From positions 1 through 25,383 of the IMG/VR virus record IMGVR_UViG_3300037478_000268: DNA of 25,383 nt. One strand, written 5' to 3'. This DNA is from a virus. Its lineage: Duplodnaviria > Caudoviricetes. Positions 8,163 through 16,077 of the stretch are shown here, in pieces. Position 1 is the stretch's first letter; each line of letters begins with the position of its first letter. Under the pieces are notes generated by a model that worked only from the letters and a program-made list of their open reading frames with translations, ran no database searches and was not told the origin of the DNA. The translations under genes and the position numbers were made by a program.

Positions 8163-9070
8163 TGGCGGACATCGAACGGGTGTGGAAGCACACCATCCAA
8201 GCCTGGCGGCGCGACCTTCGCGCCGAGAACCGGGCCACATCAACCATCCGGATCTACACCGACGCGGCCGGGCAGCTACGCGACTGGCTCGCCCGAGCTG
8301 GGCAGGCCACCGCCCCGCACGAGGTAACCGGCGACCAGCTGAAGGCGTGGATGGCGCAGCTGGCCGAGACCCGCACCCCGGGAGGTGCCAGCCTGGCCTA
8401 CCGGTCCGTGCAGCAGTTGTACGCGTGGCTGACCCGGGAGGGGGAGGTGGAGGTGGACCCGATGGCGAGGATGCGCCCGCCACTGGTACCGGAGACACCG
8501 GCGCCGGTGCTGACCGATGCCCAGCTGTCCGCGATCCTGGCCACCTGCAAAGGCACCACGTTCGTCCAGCGGCGCGACCAGGCCATCCTGCGGGTACTGC
8601 TCGACACCGGCTGCCGCCGCGGGGAGGTGGCCGGGCTGCGGGTCGATGACGTCGACCTGGACGTGGACGTGATCACCGTGCTCGGCAAGGGGCGCCGGGT
8701 CCGGGCCGTGCCGTTCGGGAACTCGACCGGGCGGGCGTTGACTCGCTACCTGCGCGCCCGGGACCGGGAGAAGACTGCCGACCTGCCGTGGCTGTGGTTG
8801 GCGGAGAAAGGCCGTGGCCGGCTCGGCGCCGACGGCATCCGGCAGATGGTCGAGCGGCGCGGCGACCAGGCCGGCGTTCCCGGTGTCCACGCCCACCTGT
8901 TCCGACACACGGCCGCCCACCGGTGGCAGGCCGCCGGCGGATCTGAGGTGGACCTGCAGCGGATCATGGGATGGCGCTCGGCGCAGATGCTCCGCCGTTA
9001 CGCATCGTCGACCGCCGACGAACGCGCCCGTGAGGCGCACCGCCGGCTCAGGCTGGGCGATCAGGTGTAG
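8162..9070 (+). CDS. int: Tyrosine integrase (XerC/D-like size, 302 aa)
   Basis: Catalytic residues in TGCRRGE (R), LGKG (K), HLFRH (HxxR), MGW (H/W) and LRRY (Y). SAM-like N-terminus (STIRIY). The frame is open from ATG 8012, but 8162 is the likelier start. Confidence 0.93.
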   Translation: MADIERVWKHTIQAWRRDLRAENRATSTIRIYTDAAGQLRDWLARAGQATAPHEVTGDQLKAWMAQLAETRTPGGASLAYRSVQQLYAWLTREGEVEVDPMARMRPPLVPETPAPVLTDAQLSAILATCKGTTFVQRRDQAILRVLLDTGCRRGEVAGLRVDDVDLDVDVITVLGKGRRVRAVPFGNSTGRALTRYLRARDREKTADLPWLWLAEKGRGRLGADGIRQMVERRGDQAGVPGVHAHLFRHTAAHRWQAAGGSEVDLQRIMGWRSAQMLRRYASSTADERAREAHRRLRLGDQV

Positions 9071-9344
9071 CTCGACGTGGTCGGCGGGCCGTGCACACCA
9101 ACGCACGGAGAAACCGTATAAGCTGTGCCGACCAGACGGGGACCGGCCCCTCACCAGGCAAACGGGTGGGACCGGCCCCCGACCCCCTGAGCCGATACAC
9201 GCTGTATCTAGGGTGACGCTCCGTAGCCTGGCAGGGCCGCGGAACCTACCCCACGGTACCGGGTCCCAGCGGTGTGCGTAGCCCCTAACGGTGGCCACCG
9301 CAGACCCGAACGGGTGAATCGGCGCTAGCCGAAGGGCCGACACC

Positions 9345-9695
9345 GTGGCACGAACCCCTCCACCCCAACCGGTCCGGGTCCACCTAGCCCGCGCCGCGGC
9401 GCACCTCCGCTTCGCGGGCATGACCGCCGAGGAACGCCGGGCCGCCACCGCACCCGCCCGCGAAGGCTACGCCCGGCGGTGGCATCGGCAGGCCGCGGAG
9501 AAGTGGCCCCACCTGGACGGGGCCGACCTGGACCGGGCCGCCGACTCACTGCGCCGCGCCCACCTGGCGCAGATGGCGGCGCGGGCCGCCGCCCAGCGAG
9601 CCAGCCAGGCCGCCCAGCGAGCCAGCCAGGCCGCGACCGAGGTCGCCACGGTGGGCCAGACAGTCAGCGGCGCCGAGAAGGCGGCGCAAGCATGA
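9345..9695 (+). CDS. Small helical hypothetical protein, 116 aa
   Basis: GAAGGG RBS and ATGA overlap with the next gene. ARAAAH...TAPAR...RRAHLAQMA resembles small proteins recalled from actinobacterial integrative elements. Confidence 0.7.
   Translation: MARTPPPQPVRVHLARAAAHLRFAGMTAEERRAATAPAREGYARRWHRQAAEKWPHLDGADLDRAADSLRRAHLAQMAARAAAQRASQAAQRASQAATEVATVGQTVSGAEKAAQA
9588..9634 (+). repeat. 21-bp tandem duplication encoding AAQRASQ x2
   Basis: GCCGCCCAGCGAGCCAGCCAG at 9588-9608 and 9609-9629, plus a partial third copy. Confidence 0.9.
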
Positions 9696-10546
9696 ACGGC
9701 GCCCCGCTGGACCGGGGCGCCGCGGGCAGGCCGGCCGATCTGCCGCCCCCCACGGTACCGGCGCCCTGCCCGGTAGAAGACCTGGCAACCGAGGTGAAGC
9801 GGATCTGCCGCACGTACAGCGAATCATCCGCGCGCAGCCAGCAGAAGATGATCGGCCTGTCCGAGATCGGCGACCCGTGTGACCGGGCCATCGCCTACCG
9901 GCTGATGCAAATGCCCCCCGTGAACGTAGAGCGGGACAACCACCTGGCCGACGTGGGAACCGCGTGGCACACCTGGGCGGCCGACGCGTTCGCAGCCGAG
10001 AACCAGCGGATCGGCCGGACCCGGTACATCATCGAGGAACGGGTCTACCTCACCGACGGCTACTCGGGAACCGCCGACCTGTTCGACGTGGACACCGGCA
10101 CGGTGCTAGATCACAAACTTCTCGGAATCACGTCACTCCGGAAGATCCGGGGCGGTCAGATCCCGGGCAAGTACCGGGTCCAGCTGCACTCCTACGGACT
10201 TGGCCACGCCCGCGCAGGCCGCCAGGTCCAGCAGGTCGCGCTGGTCTGCTACCCGCGGTCGGACAACCTCGGCGGCGACTTCGGCGGGCTTGGCCTGCAC
10301 ATCCACGCCGAACCATACGACGAACAGATTGCCCGGCGGGGGCTCGACCGGCTCGGCCGGCTGTCCACGCTGCTGTACCAGCTGGACCCGGAACGCCATC
10401 CGGACCGCTGGTCGCTGATCCAGGCCACACCCAGCGATGACTGCCGCTGGTGCCCTCATCTGCGGCCCGGGAACGGGCCGGCAGACGACGCCGGTTGTCC
10501 CGGGCAGCCGGCCGACATCCCCAAGACCATGCCCGGGATCTATTAA
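9692..10546 (+). CDS. Cas4-like PD-(D/E)xK exonuclease, 284 aa
   Basis: IGLSEIGDPCDR, GTAWH, EERV, GTADLFD, VLDHK and QLHSYG motifs. Four Cys in 1+3 arrangement (C...CRWC...GC) consistent with an Fe-S cluster. Start 9692 is coupled to the upstream stop. Confidence 0.85.
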   Translation: MNGAPLDRGAAGRPADLPPPTVPAPCPVEDLATEVKRICRTYSESSARSQQKMIGLSEIGDPCDRAIAYRLMQMPPVNVERDNHLADVGTAWHTWAADAFAAENQRIGRTRYIIEERVYLTDGYSGTADLFDVDTGTVLDHKLLGITSLRKIRGGQIPGKYRVQLHSYGLGHARAGRQVQQVALVCYPRSDNLGGDFGGLGLHIHAEPYDEQIARRGLDRLGRLSTLLYQLDPERHPDRWSLIQATPSDDCRWCPHLRPGNGPADDAGCPGQPADIPKTMPGIY

Positions 10547-10583
10547 CCCAGGTACCAAGGTGCCAAAACGCAAGGGAGCAGAA

Positions 10584-11165
10584 ATGTCCAACCAGGACGC
10601 CAACGATTTCCTCATGGGATCAGGGATCCCGTCTGCGAAGTTCCCCACCATCGGAACCTCGATCACCGGGACCGTCGCCCGGGAGCCGGAGCTGCAGCAG
10701 CAGACCGACTTCGACAGCGGGGAGCCGCTGACCTGGACCGACGGTAAGCCGCGCATGCAGGCCAAGGTTGTGCTGCAGACCACCGAACGGGACCGGGAGA
10801 TCGCCGACGACGACGGCACCCGTGCCGTGTACATCAAGGCGAACCTGCAGAAGGCGGTCGCCGCCGCGGTCCGCGGCAGCGGCGCCACCCGGCTCGAAGT
10901 CGGCGGCCGGCTCACCATCACCTACTTCGGCGACGGACCGGCACAAGGCCGGAAGAACCCGCCGAAGCTGTTCACCGCCAAGTACGAACCGGCCGACCCG
11001 GTCGCGCAGGCCGCCGACCAGCAGGAGCCGCCGGCCGGCGGCGGCGGGACGGCGCAGGCCGGTGCGGAGAACCCGCCGCCGGCTGGGGTCGACCCGACGG
11101 CATGGGCAGCGCTGAGTGAGGAGCAGCGGGCGACCCTACGGGCCGCGATGAGCCGGCCGTACTGA
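10584..11165 (+). CDS. Actinophage-type single-stranded DNA-binding protein, 193 aa
   Basis: AAGGGAG RBS. SAKFPTIGTSITGTV, QQTDFDSGEPLTWTDGKPRMQ, LEVGGRLTITY and PKLFTAKY OB-fold pattern, with a P/A-rich tail. Confidence 0.7.
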   Translation: MSNQDANDFLMGSGIPSAKFPTIGTSITGTVAREPELQQQTDFDSGEPLTWTDGKPRMQAKVVLQTTERDREIADDDGTRAVYIKANLQKAVAAAVRGSGATRLEVGGRLTITYFGDGPAQGRKNPPKLFTAKYEPADPVAQAADQQEPPAGGGGTAQAGAENPPPAGVDPTAWAALSEEQRATLRAAMSRPY

Positions 11166-11259
11166 CCTGCGATCACGCCCCGAAACCGGAACCGGCCGGT
11201 ACACCCGCGATCAGGTCGCGGCGGGGCACCAGACAGCAGCACAACGAGGGAGGACCGGC

Positions 11260-11784
11260 ATGGCTCTGGTGCGCATCGAGGTCGCCGGATTCGAGGCCCG
11301 GGTCTACTCGCCATTCTCGGCCGAACGCGTCGAGATCATCAAGACCATCCCGTATCGGACATGGGACAAGGAAGACAAGTGCTGGCGGATCCCCTGGGCT
11401 CAGGTCGCCTCGCTCACGATCGCGCTACAGGGCATCGGAGACCGGGTCCAGATCCACCAGGCACCCCCGGAAAGCGGACCACCCCCGGCCGGCGACAGCG
11501 GACCGGGCGATCAGGCCCGGCTGCGGCAGCTGGAGAAAGCCAACACGGAACTCAGGCGCGAGAACCAGCGACTGAACCAGGAACTGATCCGGCGGCGCAA
11601 CGAGCAGTCCGCCCAACGGTCCAGCTGGGCCGAGAACCTGCTCGTCAAGCTGTCCCCCGACCAGGCCGAGAAAGCGTACCGGAAGCTGGCGCTGGTGCTC
11701 CACCCGGACGTCGGCGGCGACAACGATCTGATGCGCGATCTGAATGTGGCCTTTGACCTGCTGGGCCACCGGAGCCGGGCGTGA
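11260..11784 (+). CDS. HARP-like domain, coiled coil and C-terminal J-domain (HPD) protein, 174 aa
   Basis: GGGAGG RBS. N-terminal FSAERVEIIKTIPYRTWDKEDKCWRIP. C-terminal AYRKLALVLHPDVGGDNDLMRDLNVAFDLL. Confidence 0.75.
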   Translation: MALVRIEVAGFEARVYSPFSAERVEIIKTIPYRTWDKEDKCWRIPWAQVASLTIALQGIGDRVQIHQAPPESGPPPAGDSGPGDQARLRQLEKANTELRRENQRLNQELIRRRNEQSAQRSSWAENLLVKLSPDQAEKAYRKLALVLHPDVGGDNDLMRDLNVAFDLLGHRSRA

Positions 11785-14420
11785 CCGGCCCGTACGCCAC
11801 CGCCGCCGAGCTGTACTGGCACGCGGGCTGGCGGGGCATCCTCCCACTCCCCGCAGCACGGAAAAGCCCCCCGCCGGACGGCTGGACCGGCCACGGCGCG
11901 CCCTACCCGTCCTTCGCCGACGTCCACGCGTGGGTCGAAGACCGGGGCGTGGGGAACCTCGCGATCCGGCTACCCGCCGACCTGCTCGGCCTGGACGTAG
12001 ACGCCTACGCTGACAAACCCGGCGCGCAGACCCTCGCCGAGCTGGAGACCGAGCACGGGCCGCTGCCGGCAACCTGGCTGTCTACCAGCCGCGATGACGG
12101 GGTCTCCGGTATCCGGCTGTTCCGGGTTCCGGCCGGGATCAGCTGGGTTGGGGCGCTACCCGGCATCGAGACCATCCACGCCGGGCACCGGTACCTGGTC
12201 GCGGCGCCCTCGGTGCACCCCGACACCGGCCGCAAGTACCGGTGGCACAACCCGGCCGGACGGGTCACCGACCAGATACCCGGACCCGCCGACCTGCCCG
12301 AGCTGCCGCTTCCCTGGGTCGCCGGACTCGCCCGGCCACGCCCGCGGAGCAACCCGGCGGACCTTGGTGCTGACGAATCCGCCACCTGGCTACGACACCT
12401 GCGCCCCGGACCGCAGTGCCCCCCGGTGGCGCTGGTGCTGGCCGAAGCGCTCCGCCGGGTGGTGGACCCCGCCGGAGGTGCACGTCACGACCTGGTCCGC
12501 GACGCGTCACGGGCGCTGGCCGCATTCGGCGGGGAAGGTCACGCCGGTGTCTACGACGCCCTGGGTCAGCTCGGCAACGCGTTCGTCGCCGCCGTCAGCG
12601 GTGGCACCCGTACCACCGAGGAAGCCACCGCCGAATACCGCCGGATGCTGGCCGGGGCGATCCGGCTCGCCGCCGGCAGCGACCCGCAACCCAACCAGGA
12701 ATGTGACTGCACCACCGATCAGGACCTGTTCGACCTGGTCGGTGGCGCCCCCGACCAGTCCGGTGGGCAGGAAAAGCGGCCGCGTCAGGAACCGGCCGCT
12801 GCGCGGCCCGAGCTGGACGTGTCCAACCCGGCGGTGGCCGCCGACTGGCTTCGCGACCACCTGGGCCGTGACCAGCTGGCCGGTATGTTCCAACGCGCCG
12901 ATGACCTCGTTTACACCCCTCGCGAAGGTGAAGACGGCTACGTACCCCTCAACGACAACGAGCGCGACAACGACGGTCCGGCTCAGATCCGGGTAGTGAC
13001 CGCTAACAACCTGGCCGCACAGATCAGTTACCGGTACGGCACCTATCGCAGCAGCGCCACCAAGAGCGGCAACGAAATCCGCCGGCCGGCGCTGTTCCCT
13101 TTCTCTGCCGCCGCCACCGCTGTCAACGCCCTGGACATGATGCGGCGGCTACGTCAGCTACACGGCGTGACGCACACACCAATTGTGCGAGCTGACGGCA
13201 CCATCCTCAACCGGCCCGGCTACGACCCGGAAACCCGGTTGCTATATCTACCCGGCGATCTGGCCGTACCCGACGTTCCCCAAAATCCGACTGCGGGGCA
13301 GGTACGGGCGGCGGTCGCGCTACTTGACCGGATGGTTGAGGGGTTCCCGTTCGTCACCAGCCATGACCGGGCCAACTTCTACGGCCTGCTGATCACTCCG
13401 GTGTTGCGAGAACTGGTCGGCCCCCCGTACAAGCTCGGCGTATTCACCGCACCCATGCGCCGCTCCGGCAAGACCCTACTGGCGTCACTGCTGCGGATCC
13501 TGCACGGTGGCGTGTTCCGGGCCGAGGTTCCCACCGATGAAGCCGAATGGTCCAAGACTCTGTCCACCATCCTCAACGTCACCACCGGGCCGGTGGTGTG
13601 CTTCGACAACGTCACCGGAACCCTGAAATCCGGAACCCTGGATGGCCTACTCACCTCCTCAACGTTCGACGCCCGCCAGCTCGGCCGCACCGACCAGATG
13701 ATCCGACGCCGCAACGACCGAATTTGGACCATCACCAGCAACAACGCCCGTCTCGGCGGTGACCTGCTACCTCGCGCGTTGTGGATCACCATCGACCCGC
13801 GTGCGCCCCACCCCGAGCGGCGAACCGGGTTCAACATCTCAGACCTGTCCCGGTGGGTACACGAACACCGGGGAAACCTGTTGGCTGCGTTGCTGACGTT
13901 GGTGCGGGCATGGGTGGCCGGCGGGCAGCCGACCGAGCAGGTCGGCGACATCTACGGCCGCTGGGTTGGAACGGTCCGTGGCATCCTGACCGCCGCTGGC
14001 GTTCCTGGCGCGTTCGACGCGCCCGAGAGTTCCGGCCAGGAAGCCACTGACGATGAAGACGAATTGGGAACCTTCCTCGATGCTGTGTACCGCGTGTTCG
14101 GCGATGAGCTGTGGACTGCTAAAGATCTACTCGAACGTGTCGACATCTTACATGCGGCTTCCATACCCCTCGATGTATTGCCGAGCGAACTGAGCGAGCG
14201 AGCATCGAAAGCAAACGATCCCAGGGTGGTCGCGCGATCACTCGGGATGTGGCTGGGTTACCGAACGGGGCGCTGGGTAGGCGACAAGGCTGTCTGCAAG
14301 CACAAGGCAAACAGGGTCGGGACGATTCAGTGGCAAATCATCACATACAAGGCGCCAGGTGCAGGGACTGCAGGGACTGCAGGGACTAACTACAACGCTC
14401 GCGCGGAAAGTTTGCGATGA
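11781..14420 (+). CDS. Bifunctional primase-polymerase fused to a P-loop helicase/ATPase, 879 aa
   Basis: Prim-Pol motifs ILPLP..KSPP, NLAIRL, LGLDVD, YLVAAPSVHP.TG..YRW. Walker A APMRRSGKT, Walker B VVCFDNV, sensor ITSNN, DLLPR. Confidence 0.85.
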   Translation: MTGPYATAAELYWHAGWRGILPLPAARKSPPPDGWTGHGAPYPSFADVHAWVEDRGVGNLAIRLPADLLGLDVDAYADKPGAQTLAELETEHGPLPATWLSTSRDDGVSGIRLFRVPAGISWVGALPGIETIHAGHRYLVAAPSVHPDTGRKYRWHNPAGRVTDQIPGPADLPELPLPWVAGLARPRPRSNPADLGADESATWLRHLRPGPQCPPVALVLAEALRRVVDPAGGARHDLVRDASRALAAFGGEGHAGVYDALGQLGNAFVAAVSGGTRTTEEATAEYRRMLAGAIRLAAGSDPQPNQECDCTTDQDLFDLVGGAPDQSGGQEKRPRQEPAAARPELDVSNPAVAADWLRDHLGRDQLAGMFQRADDLVYTPREGEDGYVPLNDNERDNDGPAQIRVVTANNLAAQISYRYGTYRSSATKSGNEIRRPALFPFSAAATAVNALDMMRRLRQLHGVTHTPIVRADGTILNRPGYDPETRLLYLPGDLAVPDVPQNPTAGQVRAAVALLDRMVEGFPFVTSHDRANFYGLLITPVLRELVGPPYKLGVFTAPMRRSGKTLLASLLRILHGGVFRAEVPTDEAEWSKTLSTILNVTTGPVVCFDNVTGTLKSGTLDGLLTSSTFDARQLGRTDQMIRRRNDRIWTITSNNARLGGDLLPRALWITIDPRAPHPERRTGFNISDLSRWVHEHRGNLLAALLTLVRAWVAGGQPTEQVGDIYGRWVGTVRGILTAAGVPGAFDAPESSGQEATDDEDELGTFLDAVYRVFGDELWTAKDLLERVDILHAASIPLDVLPSELSERASKANDPRVVARSLGMWLGYRTGRWVGDKAVCKHKANRVGTIQWQIITYKAPGAGTAGTAGTNYNARAESLR

Positions 14421-14495
14421 TCTTGATAGGGGGAAAACGCCCCGGACCCGTTAGAAACCGTCCCTGCAGTCCCTGCAGTCCCTGCAGTCCCTGCA
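14360..14495. repeat. Inverted iteron array, putative replication origin
   Basis: TGCAGGGAC x3 (14360-14386) and its reverse complement GTCCCTGCA x4 (14460-14495) flank a 73-bp lower-GC spacer at the end of the primase gene. Confidence 0.85.
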
Positions 14496-14499
14496 GATC

Positions 14500-15009
14500 A
14501 TGACCCGGTACCTGATCTCCACCCGCGCGGGGGGCGGTGCGTGCGCGGTGTGCAAAGCATCGACACTGGTCGCTTACTGCGAGGGGCTAAGAGTGCGCGT
14601 AGATGTGACACCCATCGATGGAGCCGGAGAGGTCGCGGCACTCGCCGAAGGCCGCGCCACCTACACGTTGATCATGGCCGGCGAGTTGGTCCACCGGGAC
14701 CAGATCCGAATCCAAGATCCCCACCTGTCCGGGACCGTCCACCGCCAGCACCGCTGCCCAGCCGACCAGGCCCGTTGGCGGCGCAGAGTCGACCGAGCCA
14801 ACTTCGCCACCGCCCGCAGCGCCGGGCTGGCCACCCGCCACGCCCGCCGGCGTCAGATCTACGACCAGATGGTCCAGCAGGTCACCGCCGACCGGACCGG
14901 ATGCGCCCGGTGGCTAGAACGGCAGCGTCGCTGGTGCAACCGCACCGACCAGCTGGCGCCCTACCAAATGGGGCCGCTGTGCTCGGAGCACCAACCGCGC
15001 GCCGGTTGA
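14500..15009 (+). CDS. Hypothetical Cys/His-rich (Zn-binding) protein, 169 aa
   Basis: CAVC...HRC and C..WC..LCSEH clusters. Fills the gap between the origin and HNH. Confidence 0.6.
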   Translation: MTRYLISTRAGGGACAVCKASTLVAYCEGLRVRVDVTPIDGAGEVAALAEGRATYTLIMAGELVHRDQIRIQDPHLSGTVHRQHRCPADQARWRRRVDRANFATARSAGLATRHARRRQIYDQMVQQVTADRTGCARWLERQRRWCNRTDQLAPYQMGPLCSEHQPRAG

Positions 15010-15034
15010 CAACACGCCGGCAAGGCGTATCCGT
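15006..15034 (+). promoter_or_regulatory. Possible promoter upstream of HNH
   Basis: Perfect TTGACA at 15006-15011, but only a weak -10 (TATCCG, 16-nt spacer). Confidence 0.3.
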
Positions 15035-15070
15035 GAGACGCCCAGCCAGCACCAACCCTACGAGGTGAGC

Positions 15071-15337
15071 ATGAGCAAGGCATGGACCGGCGGGTCCACC
15101 CGAGCCTGGCGGAAAATCCGCCACCACGTCCTGACCCGCGACGCCAACCGCTGCCAGCTGCGCCTACCCGGCTGCACGGTCGTAGCCACCGACGCCCACC
15201 ACACCCGCCCCCGGTCGGTCGTAGGCGACAACCCGGCACACCTGGTCGCCGCGTGCGCCAGCTGCAACGCCCGGGTCGGCGACCCTGGCCGGCTCGACCC
15301 GGCGCCTACCCCACGGACCCGGTGGCGAGCCCAGTGA
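15071..15337 (+). CDS. HNH endonuclease (packaging-associated, HK97 gp74-like), 88 aa
   Basis: GAGGTG RBS. WRKIR..VLTRD..RCQ....C...ATDAHH......D...LVAACASCN pattern. Confidence 0.88.
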   Translation: MSKAWTGGSTRAWRKIRHHVLTRDANRCQLRLPGCTVVATDAHHTRPRSVVGDNPAHLVAACASCNARVGDPGRLDPAPTPRTRWRAQ

Positions 15338-15503
15338 CTCGACGAACGTCGATACCATCGACAGACAGCACCCAGTTTCCCCAGGTCAGAGGCCCCCGGA
15401 CATCCACGCCCTACAGTCCCTCTCTCCCCGATCACTGTCAGCCCCCGTGCTCATCGACGACTGGCGGGGCGTGGTCGGCGGCCGGCGGGGTCTAACTCGG
15501 CGC

Positions 15504-15776
15504 TCACGAGCACCACCAGCACGCGCCGCCGGCATCGAGCTGGGCCGCGGCGCGGATCGCCCGGCAGCGGGAGCAGTGCGCCCACCCGGGCGGCAGGTTC
15601 TGGTCGCCCGCCGCGGTGAAGGGCGGTTCCTGCGCGGCGGCGAGGGCGTCCTCTAGGGCGCGGCGCATGGCGCTGCGCCTGACCGGTTCCGGCCAGGATC
15701 GGGCCGCGATCGACTCGATTCGGTCGAGTAGCCGAACCAGTTCCGCGGTGGGGATGGTGATGGCTGGATGGTCCAC
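15504..15776 (-). CDS. Hypothetical protein with C-terminal CxxC..CxxC zinc finger, 90 aa
   Basis: GAGGAGG RBS before GTG 15776, its own promoter, and CSRC...CWWC motif. Confidence 0.7.
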   Translation of the reverse strand: MDHPAITIPTAELVRLLDRIESIAARSWPEPVRRSAMRRALEDALAAAQEPPFTAAGDQNLPPGWAHCSRCRAIRAAAQLDAGGACWWCS

Positions 15777-15799
15777 GGGTCCCTCCTCGTAGGGATCTA

Positions 15800-15843
15800 G
15801 GTCCCGGGGCCGGCGCTAATCCCGCCGCCCGGGGCCGTTTTCT
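15800..15843 (+). terminator. GC-rich hairpin with T-tract; putative terminator for + strand transcription, lying in the 5' leader of the - strand gene
   Basis: GGTCCCGGG/CCCGGGGCC outer stem and CGGCG/CGCCG inner stem, followed by GTTTTCT. Confidence 0.5.
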
Positions 15844-15850
15844 GTCTCGG

Positions 15851-15879
15851 ACGGTACGCCGTATGCGACGATCTGTGAA
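15851..15879 (-). promoter_or_regulatory. Sigma-70/HrdB-type promoter for the Zn-finger gene
   Basis: On the minus strand, TTCACA (15879-15874), 17 nt, then TACCGT (15856-15851). Confidence 0.65.
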
Positions 15880-15906
15880 GACCTCCGCAGAGTTGAGAGT
15901 ATCGCC

Positions 15907-16062
15907 ATGGGTCTCAGCAAGGCTGTCTACGTCCGAGACGAAGATGTGGCGTTGTGGGAGCGTGCGGAGCGGTTCGCCCGGGCGCGCCGGATGCCGGTCT
16001 CCGGGCTGGTGATGTTGGCGCTGGAGAGCTACCTGAACCGGGAGGACAAGCCACCCCGGTAG
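15907..16062 (+). CDS. Ribbon-helix-helix DNA-binding protein, 51 aa (absent from the ORF track)
   Basis: Hand translation MGLSKAVYVRDEDVALWERAERFARARRMPVSGLVMLALESYLNREDKPPR. Alternating beta strand KAVYV, helix A, and helix B starting VSGLV..AL..YL. Confidence 0.75.
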   Translation: MGLSKAVYVRDEDVALWERAERFARARRMPVSGLVMLALESYLNREDKPPR

Positions 16063-16077
16063 CGCCCGGCCGGGCCG

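Noticed and set aside
7433-8327. Repressor gene spanning attP, as in integration-dependent immunity
   Set aside because: ORFs crossing attP (7896..8327 +, 7433..8200 -, 8032..8247 -) show no HTH pattern and look non-coding.
11166-11230. Structured ncRNA between SSB and the J-domain gene (GCCCCG/CGGGGC and CCGCGA/TCGCGG stems)
   Set aside because: Short GC stems are expected by chance at this GC content, there is no T-tract, and it cannot be supported without covariation data.
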